Positions 1 to 12,569 of a DNA stretch of 64,000 bases are shown in pieces. Source of the stretch: Azolla caroliniana. Lineage: Eukaryota > Plantae > Polypodiophyta. The stretch lies in contig JBHGNT010000004.1 in NCBI GenBank assembly GCA_043228905.1, positions 16,430,001 to 16,494,000 of the forward strand, written 5' to 3'. Numbering within the stretch: position 1 is the first letter of the stretch; each line of letters opens with the position of its first letter. The translations under genes and the position numbers were made by a program. A model generated the notes under the pieces. The model was not told the DNA's origin and ran no database searches. It saw nothing but the letters and a program-made list of their open reading frames with translations.

Positions 1-1778
1 TGTTTCACATGTTCCGACAATCACGAAGAACCTAGTGTTGGTCGGATAGATCGTTGACCAAGGCATGCAAGTGCGGTTTACGCACCTCAGGTGCTTCATC
101 AAGGAAGAGGGCCAGATTATCATGCAATGGCGTTAGGATGGGAGGATGTTTATCCTCAAGACTAATGAAGTCGGCACCACTCTATTTGCCAAAGGACAAA
201 AGGTCGAGTCGGACATCAACTTATGGCACAAACGAATAGGCCACGCCAATTATCAGAGGCTTTAGGATTTGCAATCGAAACAAGTAATATTCGGATTGCC
301 GAAATTTAGTGGCCGGAAGACCCAAATTTGTGAAGCCTGCCAGCTAGGGAACCAACATCGACTTCCATTCCCCAATGAGCGAAACCGGAGCCGGAACAAG
401 CCTGACTTAATACATTCATATGTATGGGAACCGACACAGGATGTTAGTCTTGGCGGGACTTGATACTTCGTCTCCTTCATCGACGACTACAGTCGACATA
501 CATCGATCAATCTGATCGAAAAGAAAAGTGAAGTTTTCAACTATTTCCAGAACTTACGAAGGTTAGTCAAATGGGAAACGGAAAGGCAGATCAAGTGCCT
601 GCGGTCCGATGGAGGAAACGAATACTTTTCAGGCCAATTCAATAGCTACCTACAACAAAAGGGAATTTGGCGAGAATTCAGTTGCAAATATATGTCGGAA
701 CAAAACGGTGTTGCCGAGACGAAGAATCAGTCAATTGTGGAAGCAACACGGGCAATGCTTGATGAGCAAGCATGCCCAAGTTCTATTGGGCCAAGGCGTT
801 CAAGATGATTGTCTACATCTAGAATCGGATCGGGGAGATGGTGTCAACACACGAGCTGTAATTCGGGCGAAAGCCAAATTTAAGACACCTTAGGATATTC
901 GGTAGCATAGCCTATGTGCATGTATAGGATGAGAAGAGGAAGAAGCTAAATCTGAAGTCAGAGAAGTGCATATTAGTCAGATACTCACATGAGCAAAAGG
1001 GGCATAAGTGTTATAACCCCCGGACAAAGACAGTCCGAGTAAGCCGAGATGTCGAATTTGACGAGTCGGCATCCTGGTACTCTCTACCAACTCCGACCCG
1101 ATTCCGGAAGATGAGGCCAGTGAGCCCGAAAAAATCCGGGCAGAAGAGGAAGAAGAGTTCGGTACTCTAGATGAGAGTGCGATCTCATTTCGGCTGAGCG
1201 GGTCGAATGAGCGACTGAATCGGGATGACCAGTCAAATGAAGAGATGGCAAGTAGTGGAGACTCGGTCGTTCTCTCCCCGCACAAAGAACCAAGGACACG
1301 GCTCACGCGCAAAGAGAAGGGGAAGAAGAAGATGTTGGAATACGACACCAGCAGAGACAAGTCGGATAGGAGTGAATCCAAATCCGGAAAGAACGAAGAT
1401 GGACCTTCGTAGACGAAGTTCGAATTGGCCAAGAGGACCCTCAAATCAGCTAACGAGACGTTACGTCGATCTACCCGCTAGAAGAACCCCATCAAGCGGT
1501 ATGGGTATAATGAATACATGGCACATCATTATGCATACATGATGAAAGTGGTGGAAGTGCGTGAGCCAGAGTGCTATGCAGAAGCGGCAAAAGACGCAAA
1601 CTAGTGGGCCGTAGTGGAGGAAGAAATGCAGGAAGTCAATGCTAACGACACTTGGGATCTGGTTGACCCTCCCCTACATTGCAAACCGATCGTTTGCAAG
1701 TGGGTATACAAGGTAAAGTATAATGCTGACGGTTCGGTCACCCGGTAGAAGGCCCGGTTAGTGGCCAAAGGATATGCG
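1..1778 (+). mobile_element. Degenerate Ty1/Copia pol fragment (GAG-pre-integrase, integrase, SH3-like region, start of RT)
   Basis: Frameshifted Copia motifs: LWHKRIGH, CEACQLG, DLIHS.VW, FIDDYSR, QNGVAE, FG..AYVH and WDLV..P...KPI.CKWVYKVK..ARLVAKGYA, ending abruptly at about 1778. Confidence 0.9.
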
Positions 1779-3060
1779 TCGCTCTGACCGGATAGCTAAT
1801 GTAGGGTCGGGTGATTGTCAGCTATATAAGGCTCCCGACGATTTGTCGAAACCATTTCTCGTTGCAGGCCGGTCCGGAGTCGGGACAGCTTTAGGTTCTG
1901 GTCCAGGGGTGTGGAGATCGGTCAGCAATCCATCATGTCGAACTTGCACAACATATTTAACACATAATGTCGTTGGGGACAACAATATGCCGTCGGGGGT
2001 GTGGATCACTTCGATCCCGAGGAAGTAATAAAGGTCCCCCAGGTCCTTCATTTAGAATGCATCTGACAACTGGGATTTCACTCGACCGATTTTAGCAAGT
2101 CTGAGTCCGGTGATGACTAGATCATCTACATATAGCAAAATACATACCAGATAGTCCAGACCTTTCCGAATGAACAACGAAGAGTCCAACTTGGAGGCTG
2201 CAAACCCCATCTTATGCAACCGGTGCATAATCTTCGAATTCCAAGCACAGGGGGCTTGTGTGAGGCCGTAAAGAGATTTCTTGAGTCGGCACACTGCCGA
2301 CTTGTTCATCTCCGACTTAAATTTGGGGGGTTGGATCATGTAGACCTGTTTTGCAAGATCGCCTTGATGAAACACATTCTTCACATCCATTTGGTGAAGA
2401 TGTCACCCCCTTGCGGCAACAACCGCTAGCACCAATCGAACCATTGTCATCTCTCCTACCAGAGCGAAGGCCTCGTCGTAATCAATTCTGTGGGTCTGTG
2501 TGTATCCTTTGGCCACTAACCGGGCCTTATACAACTTGACTAAACTGTTAGCATTATACTTAACCTTGTACACTCACTTGCAACCGATCGGTTTGTAATG
2601 TCGGGGAGGGTCAACTAGGTCCCATGTGTCGTTTGCATCAAGTGCTCGCATCTCTTCCTCCATAACGGCACGCCATTGTGCATCCTTTGCAGCTTTTGCG
2701 TAGCTCTCTAGCTCACGCACTTCCACCATCTTCGTAATGTACGCATAGTCATGTGCCATGTACTCGTTATACCCATACCGTTTGACAGGGTTCTTCTGGC
2801 AAGTCAATCGGCGCAGGTTCTACTCTACTGATTTCTTGGCCGACTCAAAATTCTCTTCTGAGGGTCCGTCTTCGATCTATCCAGAATCATATTCGCTCTG
2901 ATCTGACTCGTCTCTACCAATGGCATGCTCCGGGATCTTCTTGCTCCCCTTCTCTTCCCATTACTCCTCGGCTCTTCATCTGACTGGTCATGCTGATTGA
3001 GTCTCTCATTCGGCCCATTTAGCCAGAATGAGATCGGATTCTCATCTAGAGTACCGAATC
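1779..3060 (-). mobile_element. Ty1/Copia RT fragment (same family as 1-1778, opposite orientation), interrupted at 3060 by a Gypsy insertion
   Basis: ORFs 2052-2390 (MDVKNVFHQGDL...LKKSLYGL...YVDDL), 1818-2051 (MKDLGDLYYFLGIEV) and 2574-2807 (RYGYNEYMAH...WDLVDPP). Confidence 0.92.
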
Positions 3061-3520
3061 TGTTACGGGCATGACCATATAATATCCCGTGGTGAGAATT
3101 TACTGTAGTATTCTATACACGTGGATAAGTGTGAGGGTTAAATGAGAGTGTAAAGAAGGGGAGGGAGGATTACTTTTAAATCCTCGGGATTGAGACAACC
3201 CATTAGGCCAACTGTGAACTTGCTTGGGGGCCTTGGGTATCGCTATAAATAAGAGGCCTACCTACCCTCATTTGACTATCTTTGGACTACATCGAGACTC
3301 TGCTCTTGTGCTAGGTCAACTCTTGTAGCGAGCGCGCCAGCACCAAGTACGACTCGACGCCACGACGGTGGTATGGGACGCCAATCGAGGCTCGAGTCCG
3401 TCTCGATCCCTTCGCTCGGGGGTGGTCGGGTGGATCGGCACCCTTCTTTCTCTTTCTCCTTTCTATCTATCATTAGTTTATCCTTATCTTAAGCTTACTT
3501 TAGTACCTAGATCTCTAATA
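3061..3520 (+). repeat. 5' LTR of chromovirus (TG...TA)
   Basis: Near-identical to 9230-9685; TATA-like CTATAAATA near 3243; followed by a PBS. Confidence 0.95.
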
Positions 3521-3522
3521 TT

Positions 3523-3534
3523 TGGTATCAGAGC
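3523..3534 (+). promoter_or_regulatory. Primer binding site, tRNA-iMet
   Basis: TGGTATCAGAGC, 2 nt after the LTR end. Confidence 0.92.
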
Positions 3535-3770
3535 TATGTACTAATGTTTCTTTGTTTGTCTTTTGTCTTTTGATTGATGGTGATCGATCGATGTGCGGTC
3601 GGTCTTGATCCAGACAACGATCAACAAAGAACTTCGGTAACTCTTTCCGTAATTTTTTTTTCTATTCTCTCTTCTCCCATCGAATCATGGGTTTAGTTTA
3701 TATGTCATTTTTTTTCATAAAGCCAATGATGTTGTAGTGGTCTTTAATTGATTATCTAAAACGTTTACAT

Positions 3771-4035
3771 ATGTGCACGAGGTCAATACCTTGTTTGACA
3801 TATAAATAATATGTGATGAGTGTCGTATGCGTACGAGGTTAATACCTCAATTACGTATTACGTTCACGAACATATGTTACGTTTGCGTATGAGTTTAATA
3901 CCTTGATTTGTTGTAAAGGATATGCGTTTGGTCTCGTATGCGTAAGAGGTCAATACCTCAATTGCGTATTACGATGATCTCTTATTTGTGGATGTTTCGT
4001 GTGCGTAGAGGTATATACCTCGATTACGTATCTCG
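3771..4035 (+). repeat. Five degenerate ~56-bp tandem units with a GAGGT-N4-ACCT(C) hairpin core in the retroelement leader
   Basis: Cores at about 3779, 3835, 3891, 3946 and 4008. Confidence 0.75.
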
Positions 4036-5203
4036 ATCACATCATTTGTGGCTATTTAATATAACGATATGTTTAATATAGGCATATGTGGTCACCTATA
4101 TACGTATTTGATCGTATATATGTGATAAGTAAACATATGTGTATATTCGTTATTACGTGATTATATCGAAAGTTGTCCTTGTCGGGAAAAGGATGTTGGT
4201 GGCCGTCCTCACATTTTTGTGAGAATGGCGTTGTCACCATCCCTTTTGCAACAATTTTTTATTGTTGACAACCCCGTTGATGACCTCGATTTCGTTACGT
4301 AAAGAAACGCCTATAGCCATAATGATGTTTAGTACGTAGGGCTTGACCCACTTCAAGTGAGGTCGCTTCAATGACACACGTATCCAACATCCCTCCCTCG
4401 TTACATGGATACGATGCCACCATGAGCTCGTTCTTACGAGAGGCATTCGTAATGACGTGACCATGTGATGGGCCATGTGGGCCTACTACGAAACGTGGGC
4501 TCATTTGGCCTGACCATTAGGTTGCACTTTGGTGTATGCCATCGTAATTACGAGACTTGAGGTTAGGTAACGTACCAACATAGTTTTGGTAAATGAGGGC
4601 AAAATAAGGACCCTTGACATATATGTTCTTTTAAAAAAACATATATGATCAAATGCCTCGCATATCTCTTATACGCATCAAACATTAAGCATTCGAGAAG
4701 AGCAACTTACTTGGTTGGCTCAAGTGTTTAATGTATTTGTTCTCTCAAGTTCAAATATGACCAAGACCATACAACATCCTTGATACATATGACTATAACA
4801 CATGTTTAGACTTAAGGTCTAAGTGCACCTCGGGGTCCTCGTAATAGGACTTAAAGAGCCGAAACCACATATGTGGGCAAAGAAACATAGTTTATTGTTA
4901 ACATTTTGTTCGTGTATAAACTACTCATGACGCGAACATACATGGTTGAGCCTCGGGCAGCCGCCATAAAAAAATCGATATAGAGATCATGGAAAGACAT
5001 TAAATTGTCACCCCCATGGTTTTTAAAACACCTTTGTGTTACCATAGTAACCTGATCTTGAACCTCATCTCATACGTCTAGAGGGGTATTGACGTGAGAT
5101 CATGATATCGATTAATGTTTGCCCATGATATGTTTACATCACGACATGATGTTATGACTATCTCTCTGACCTTATCCTATTTCTTTTCCAGAAATAATCT
5201 TTA

Positions 5204-8200
5204 ATGGCTCAAATTAACGACCCGATGTCATCCGCTCAAGCGGAAGGAACTCAAGGGAATCCTCCTGGACAAATGTCCACTGAGATGTATTTGGCACAAA
5301 TAACCCAATACCTTAGTTTCACCGCTCAACAAATGACCGAACTTCGACAATCTCAGAGTGCTCTTGAGGCACGTGTCATTAGTCTACAACGTGAGACTAA
5401 TAGACCTGATGAGCGACAAGGTGAACCATCATTTGTCGTTAAGCCATTTACGGGAGACAAAAAGGAAAGAACCGAAGAAGCAATCTGCACATGGCTGGGA
5501 TGATGGGAGTCTCATTTTGAGCTCTATCCCACGCCAGATAGTACGAAGATTGCATATGTCGGCTGAGAACTCGGGGGTAAGGTCGCCGCCTGGTGGCGTG
5601 GGCTCCGTACTATGGGGAAATTGCCCGATACCTGGACAAATTTTGTCACGGTTTTTAAGGGCCAATTTTTGCAACCTCCCTCTCGAACCGAGGCAGCACA
5701 AGCTTTAATGAACCTCTCTAGCAAGAAATTTTCCTCACTAGAAGACTATGTTCACCATGCTAGAACCCAAATCCAAAAATCGGGTCTAGAAGGGGACAAT
5801 TGGTTGATAGCTTGTTTTGTCAATGGCATCCCCAATTCGGACTATCACTGGATAGTGCACGATAAGGATCCAAAATCCTTCGAAGAGGCCGTTGAAATAG
5901 GCCTTCGCTATCAACGCACTTCGAAGAAGGACCACAATAAACCCAACGAAGCGCCCGGGACTAAGTAGTCAAAATTTGTTGGGAAATGCAAGACACCCAA
6001 CGAACTCCTGGATCGCGATTGTAAGTGACAACATCCTTTTTGCGTATTGTGCAAAAAGAAGGGTCATAGAAAATATCAATGTCGAAAGCTCCAAAGGAAA
6101 GAGCACGACAACAAAGCTAAAGCTGCAAACCATAAAGGTCAGATTCCTAATGTCCTTCAAGTCTATACACATTATTTAAGTAATTGTCAATGTTCTTTCC
6201 CTCACTATGTATTGGGTCCCAATGATTTACTACGTGCAAACGGGTATATCAATGGATCTCCCGTACAATTTTTATTTGATTCGGGAAGCTCACACAATTT
6301 TGTGAATGATCGTTTGGTTCAGATATGGGGAATCCAACCCACCATAAGTGATCACACCTACACGGTGCACTTGACTGATGGAACAGTACAATACATCAAC
6401 GGGGCGATTCATTCATTAGGAATTTCTATTGATACTTATATAGAGGAAGTAGACTTCCATGTAATGAATCTTTGTACCACCGATGTAATACTGGGTTATC
6501 CTTGGTTTTATAATAAAAACTCTTCTTTATTTATTGATTGGGTTCACCATTCCATTTCTTTTGTACTAAACGATTGTACACATTTTATTCAATGTGTAAA
6601 AAAACAATCCATCTCGATTGTTTCCTCATGTCCATCAATATCCGAGTTGTCTTGTTCTACGTTATTTTATTGTGTACTTGATCCGGACATTCACGTTTAC
6701 AATATCGATAATGTCCCGGTTCAGTTAACATATTTTGAACAACAACAACTTGATGAAATCTTAAATGTTTTTCATGATGTTTTTCCAAGTGAACTACCTG
6801 ATGGGTTACCTCCTAAATGTAATATAGACCATCGTATAGATATTGTACCTGGTGTTGCACCAATAAGTATACCTCCGTATCGCTTAAGTCGATCCGAAGA
6901 AGATGAGGTATCTAAGCAACTCAATGACTATTTATGAATGGGTTATATACGTTATAGTAAATCTCCATGGGGTGCACCAGTTCTCTTGGTAAAAAAGAAA
7001 GAGGACGAATGGGTTCACCTTTCGAGGTTGAAACCGATGCAAGTGATTATGCTATAGGTGTTGTCTTGTATCAAGATGGTAAACCAATAGCATTCGACAG
7101 TAAGAAACTTGATTCTGCTCAATGTCGGTATACCGTTCACGCTTAGCTTCACTGAAATATCATCAGATCTTTATGAGCACCTTCGAGGAAAGTATCCTGA
7201 TGACAGTTATTTCGCAAAATACTGGGCAAGAGTTGAGTCTGGAATAGACACCACCACATCCTCGAAGGAATACTTCCACATTTCTAACGGTCTGCTCTAC
7301 CGTAATGGGAAGGTTTGTGTTCTAGCTTTACTCGAGGTCAAAAAGAGGATTCTTTTTTAATGCCATGATGCACCCTTAGCAGGGCACCCTGGAATACATC
7401 GTACACTCGTTCTCATCTCCACTCAATTTTATTGGCCTACGATGCGTCCTGACATACATTGCTATGTGACTAAATGTCACCAATGTTAGGTTAACAAAGC
7501 CGAGCGGCTTAAAGCCGCAGGACTTTTACATCCCTTGGACATTCCCAATAATAAGTGGGAAAGTATATCCATGGATTTTATAGTTAGCCTTCCTCACACC
7601 CAAAAAGGTCATGATGCCATATGGGTTGTCGTTGATCGACTAACTAAAATGGCCAGATTTATTGCTACTAAAACCACGGTAACAGCTCCTGAATTGGCTT
7701 ACCAGTTCGTTGACGAATTATTTCGTTTTTATGGGTTACCGATGGATATCGTGAGTGATCGAGATGCAAAGTTTACTAGTGACTTCTGGATGCAAGTCTT
7801 TAAGAAGTTAGAAACTACGTTGAGCATGAGCTCCACGGATCATCCTCAATCCGATGGACAGACAGAACGAGTAAATCAAATTATTGAGGACATGCTTCGA
7901 GTATACGTTGGTGCAAAACCAACAAAATGGGAATGTTATCTCCCAATTTTGGAGTTTGCGTATAACAGCTCCAAGCATACGTCGGCGGGATATATTCCTT
8001 TTATGTTGATGTATAGTTTTCAGCCACGAGCCCCGATTGATGTTAATATAAATCATGATGAGTTGCGAAGTACGCAAAACTTTCTTCGGGATATGCAAGA
8101 TATGTTGCATATTGCACGAGATAATATAAAAACAGCTCAAGATAGAGCGCGTTTTTATGCCGACCATCATAGGCAACCTCGTGTATTCAACCCTGGACAG

Positions 8201-9243
8201 AAGGTACTTTTACGTGTACCTCACAATTCTAAGACATTGTCTACGGGTAAGTGCGCTAAGTTAGCCCCACGATTTTGTGGACCTTTTATAGTGTTAGGAA
8301 ACAGGTCCCTCCCGATGGGAAGTGAGAAGAACAGTACTGATGAGAAGTGAGAACCGGATGAGGAGTACCCGGCAAGCGCCGAATGGTGAAGGCCCGGTGA
8401 GAAGTGCTCACCGGATGAAGGGACATATTTGTAAATATGTTTCTGAGAGTCCATCGGGGCTATATTTGTAAATAGCCGAAAAGTCATATTAGTATAAATA
8501 TGACTTAGGGCAAACTCTTTTAGTAGTTGTTGTCATTCTTGTTGGCGCAAGACTAGAGAGCGCGTAACAGTGTACAGAGAGAGAGAGAGAGAGAGAGAGG
8601 AAGAGGCCGCTGCCTCTGTTGTAACCGCCGCCTATGGCGAAGATAGAAAGCTCGAGGTTGTTGCCTCGGTGCTTTACTCTTGTACATTGTAACATAGTGA
8701 TAGTTTGAAGCCTGTGGGCTGCCGTGGTTTTTCCCTAGTTTGGGTTTTCCACGTAAACATCCTATGTACTCTTCTCTCGATTGTGTCGTGCATTCATTCC
8801 CCGTTTTTTTTTCTGTGTTTGATTCTAAGCTCAGTTGTGGCCGAGCGGTGTTCATCGGAGCGTGTACTTCCTGTCATATAGTCCTCAAACACATTGGGTC
8901 ATCAGCCTATCGTCTCACTCTTCCCGATGGTATTGGAATTCATCCAGTTTTTCATGTGAGTCGTCTAAAAGAACTTCTAGGTTTTGGCGATAATAAAGTT
9001 ACAACTGAAACTCTGGTTACTTCTGAAGATGTATCTTCTAAACCACATGTACCAGAAAGAATTCTCGATGTTAAAACAAAAACATTACGTACTAAAGAAA
9101 TCCGAGAATTTAAAATAAAATGGATGGATAAATCAATCAAAGATGCCACCTGGGAACGCGAAAATACTCTCAGAACTAACTTCCCTAACTTTCCATTGCA
9201 AGAGTGCAATGTTTTAAAGAGGGGGAGTATGTTACGGGCATGA
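5204..9243 (+). pseudogene. Chromovirus gag-pol (gag, Zn knuckle, protease, RT/RH remnants, integrase, chromodomain) with stops, frameshifts, deletions and a solo-LTR insertion
   Basis: C..CKKKGHRKYQC; FLFDSGSSHNF; PPYRLS...SPWGAPVLLVKKK; ETDASDYAIG; WESISMDFI...DRD...DGQTER; PERILDVK...FKIKW...DATWE. Confidence 0.92.
8292..8876 (+). mobile_element. Solo LTR of the Copia family at 54395-59889, inserted in the chromovirus integrase
   Basis: TG...CA; TSD TATAG (8287-8291, 8877-8881); homologous to the reverse complement of LTR 59185-59889; splits GPFIV|LKHIGSS. Confidence 0.95.
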
Positions 9244-9685
9244 CCATATAATATCCCGTGGTTAGAATTTACCGTAGTATTCTATACACGTGGATAAGTG
9301 TGAGGGTTAAACGAGAGTGTAAAGAAGGGGAGGATTACTTTTAAATCCTTGGGATTGAGACCACCCATTAGGCCAACTGTGAACTTGCCTGGGGGCCTTG
9401 GGTTTTGCTATAAGTAAGAGGCCTAGCTACCCTCATTTGACTATCTTTGGACTACATCGAGACTCTGCTCTTGTGGTGGGTGAACTCTTGTAGCGAGCGC
9501 GCCAGCACCAGGTACGACTCGACGTCACGGCGGTGGTATGGGACGCCGATCGAGGCTCGAGTTCGTCTCGATCCCTTCACTCGGGGGTGGTCGGGTGGAT
9601 CGGCACCCTTCTTTCTCTTTCTCCTTTCTATCTATCATTAGTTTATCCTTATCTTAAGCTTACTTTAGTACCTAGATCTCTAATA
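9230..9685 (+). repeat. 3' LTR of chromovirus (TG...TA)
   Basis: Copy of 3061-3520, preceded by the PPT and followed by TSD GAATC. Confidence 0.95.
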
Positions 9686-9690
9686 GAATC

Positions 9691-9948
9691 CTTCTTCATC
9701 TTCTACCCGGATCGTTTCGGGCTCGCTAGCCTCATCTTCCGGAATCAGGTCGGAGTCGGACATCAGAGCCGGTAGAGAGTACCATGATGCTGACTCATCA
9801 AATTCGACATCTCAGCTCACTCGAAGTTTTTTTGTTTGGGGGTTATAGCACTTATAACCCTTTTTCTCATGTGAGTAGCCGATAAGGATGCACTTCTCCG
9901 ACTTCGGGTCCAACTTTCTCCGCTTCTCATCCAACACATGCACATATA
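9691..9948 (-). mobile_element. Continuation of the minus-strand Copia (1779-3060): integrase C-terminal/SH3-like region
   Basis: Reverse strand reads VHV...KLDPKSEKCILIGYSHEKKGYKCYNP; homologous to about 910-1160. Confidence 0.85.
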
Positions 9949-12068
9949 TGTTACAAAACAAGCTCAACAAAAGCATGTGATGCTTATTGGTAACTCAGAT
10001 CTTCTATAGTAGCTATTAGGAAACTAGCTACTATTGGACATATAGGAAAAACAACTATTTAGCTACTCACAACTATTTAGCTAAAAAAAGTAAGAGTAGT
10101 AAGAGAGTGAAGTAAGAAGAAGAAAATAGAAAACAGAAAACAGATGAGAGAGGTTTTTTCTCAGTGTAATGAAATAGAAGGTTTGGGCTGCTACCGAGGT
10201 AAGTCTCCTTCTCCCTTTCCTTTCTCTCTTGAACACACTAACGATCCAACACATCACGATCCGTTGTGCACTAAGAAGAGTCTTCGTAGCATGGTCTCAA
10301 AGCAAAGCTGCTCGTAAAGAAGAACAATACAGATTTGAGAAAGTTTCTCCATTTCCTAGTCAGAATCAAAGAGGTTCTTGTTGAAGTTAATCATAGTTAA
10401 AGCCCTAAATTGAAAAAGAGATGGCTTCTGAAAATGGAAGCCAAATAGTCATAGAAAAATTGGATAAAAACAATTTCCCTCTGTGGAAATTCTGAATGAC
10501 AAATTTCCTGATGGGAAAAGGATATTGGGATTACATTGAAGGAGACCTAGAAGAGGCTCCAGAGATCCCTGAAAAAAATGCAACTGCTACACAGATCAAA
10601 GCATTCAAGGATTGGAATCAAGGGGCAAGAAAAGTATTGCATTGGTTGTCACTTAGCATCTCAGATTCGATGCTTGGACATATACAAGATGCTCTGCTTC
10701 CAAAAGAAGCTTGGAACATTAGATTGAAGATATAAACAAAGAAACTCTAAGACTGAAGGGCAAGCTCTCTACAAAAGTGTTGGAAGAGGCCGAGGAAGAG
10801 GTCATCGAAGATTTGGTTCAACTAGAACCAGTAATAATTATCAAGGACGAGGACAACAAGCTATAAGTGGAAGAAACATCAGAGGCAGGGGGGCAATCGA
10901 GGCAGAGGTAAGCAAACTATATTGAGTGATGATGGTTGTTGGTATTGTGGTAAACCAAGCCATACACAAGCAGAATGCTATAAAAAGCAAAATGATGAAA
11001 AAAGAGGGAAGAGACAGCAAAATAACTATGCTTCAACTAGTGAAAATTGTGATAAAGAAGGTGTTTTTGTGATGCAACATGAAATAGCAACAATGGTTGA
11101 ATGTTCACAAAGATGTAATGAAGATTATATGTGGTATGTAGATTATGGGGCATCTAATCATATGACAGGACATGCAAACTGGTTTGAAAGTCTAAGAGAA
11201 CTAGAGATTCTTGGTTATGTACAGACAGGTGATAACACTACTCATACAATCAAGCATGTTGGAGATATTCCATTGTGCGAAGAAAAAGAAAATGTGTTGG
11301 ATTTGGTACATACAAATGTATGGGGACCAACAAAAAATGCCTCAATTGGTGGCTATAGGTTTTATGTATCATTCATTGATTATTGCTCAAGGAAAACATA
11401 GGTTTATTTCATGAAAGAGAAGAGTGAAGTATTTGATTGCTTTCATAAGTTCAAATGCATGGTAGAAAAGCAATCCGGCACTAGGATAAAATGCTTAATA
11501 TCTGATGGAGGAGGAGAATACTTCTCAAATGAATTCTTTGATTTTCTATGTAATCAAGGAATAAGGAGACAGTTCACATGTAGATATACTCCATAGCAAA
11601 ATGGAGTGGCTGAGAGGAAAAACAAAACTTTGGTGAACATAGCAAGAACTTTGATGACTGAAAAAAATATGCCATTGTATTACTGGGTTGAGGCTGTAAA
11701 TACAACAAACCATATTCTAAATATATGTATAACATCTGGAGTACATGTAGTAACTCCTGAAGAATGTTTCTATGGCAGGAAACCTAGTGTAGGACACTTA
11801 AAAGTGTTGGGATGCATGGCTTATGTTCATGTACCTGCTAAAGTAAGAAGTAAGCTTGATCCAAAAGCTGAAAAATGTGTTTTTGCGGGAAATTCAAAGG
11901 AGCAAAAAGGGTATAGATGCAATAACCCTTTGACAAAAAAGATTGTAGTAAGCCATGATGTAATATTTGATGAGTTGAGTAGTTGGTACAACCCAAAACA
12001 AGATGCAAAAACTTATGAAGACAATGAAAATGAAGATAGGAACAAATCTGAAAATGAAAGTGATAACG
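9949..12068 (+). mobile_element. Truncated, internally deleted Ty1/Copia (5' LTR ~9949-10291, degenerate Met PBS, gag, PR, INT)
   Basis: TGTTAC...GTAGCA then TGGTCTCAAAGC; MASENGSQIVIEKLDKNNF..WKF; CWYCGKPSH...C; WYVDYGASNHM; SDGGGEYFS; AERKNKTL. Confidence 0.85.
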
Positions 12069-12530
12069 AGATTCGACTGACCGATCAAACAATCAAGAAA
12101 GAAGTTCTTCCCGACAACCGAACAATCATCAAAGTCGGAACAAATCCCGGGGCAATCGAGTTTGCAATTATTGCAAGAAACCCGAACACATCAAAGTTGA
12201 TTGCCACGCACTCAAAGCCAAAAATGACAAAGCTCAACGAGCGGATCAGAAGAGTGACCGGTATGAGGAGGTCAATTATGTCGGCTCTTTAGTCGAAGTA
12301 TTGTCAAGCGACCCGAACATACTATCCATTGAAAACCCAATTGAATCAGAAGTTCTGCTCACGACTGAGGAATCTAGCACGCCTCTTGGATTCGGGTGCA
12401 TCTTATCATATGACCCCTCACAAATCACAATTTCGACAATATTCGACCCGATACTCCGACTCAGTTTGAGTCAGAAATTCGCAACACTGCACTATCATCG
12501 GAATCGGCACAATATTCATAATGAATAATT
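12069..12530 (+). mobile_element. Fragment of another Copia family (gag Zn knuckle and protease)
   Basis: Reads CNYCKKPEHIKVDC and LDSGASYHMTP in frames other than the supplied ORF calls. Confidence 0.7.
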
Positions 12531-12569
12531 GTCGGATCAGTATGAGTCTCGATGAAGAAGATTTCTTTT

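Larger units (their letters stand above)
3061..9685 (+). mobile_element. Ty3/Gypsy chromovirus-type LTR retrotransposon with both LTRs and TSD, RT largely deleted
   Basis: LTRs 3061-3520 and 9230-9685; TSD GAATC (3056-3060, 9686-9690); PBS TGGTATCAGAGC at 3523; PPT AAAGAGGGGGAG before 9230; gag, PR, partial RT/RH, INT and chromodomain in Gypsy order. Confidence 0.95.

Noticed and set aside
4234-5045. Short antisense ORFs in the chromovirus leader
   Set aside because: Short, no recognisable motif, and no second copy in the window to test conservation.
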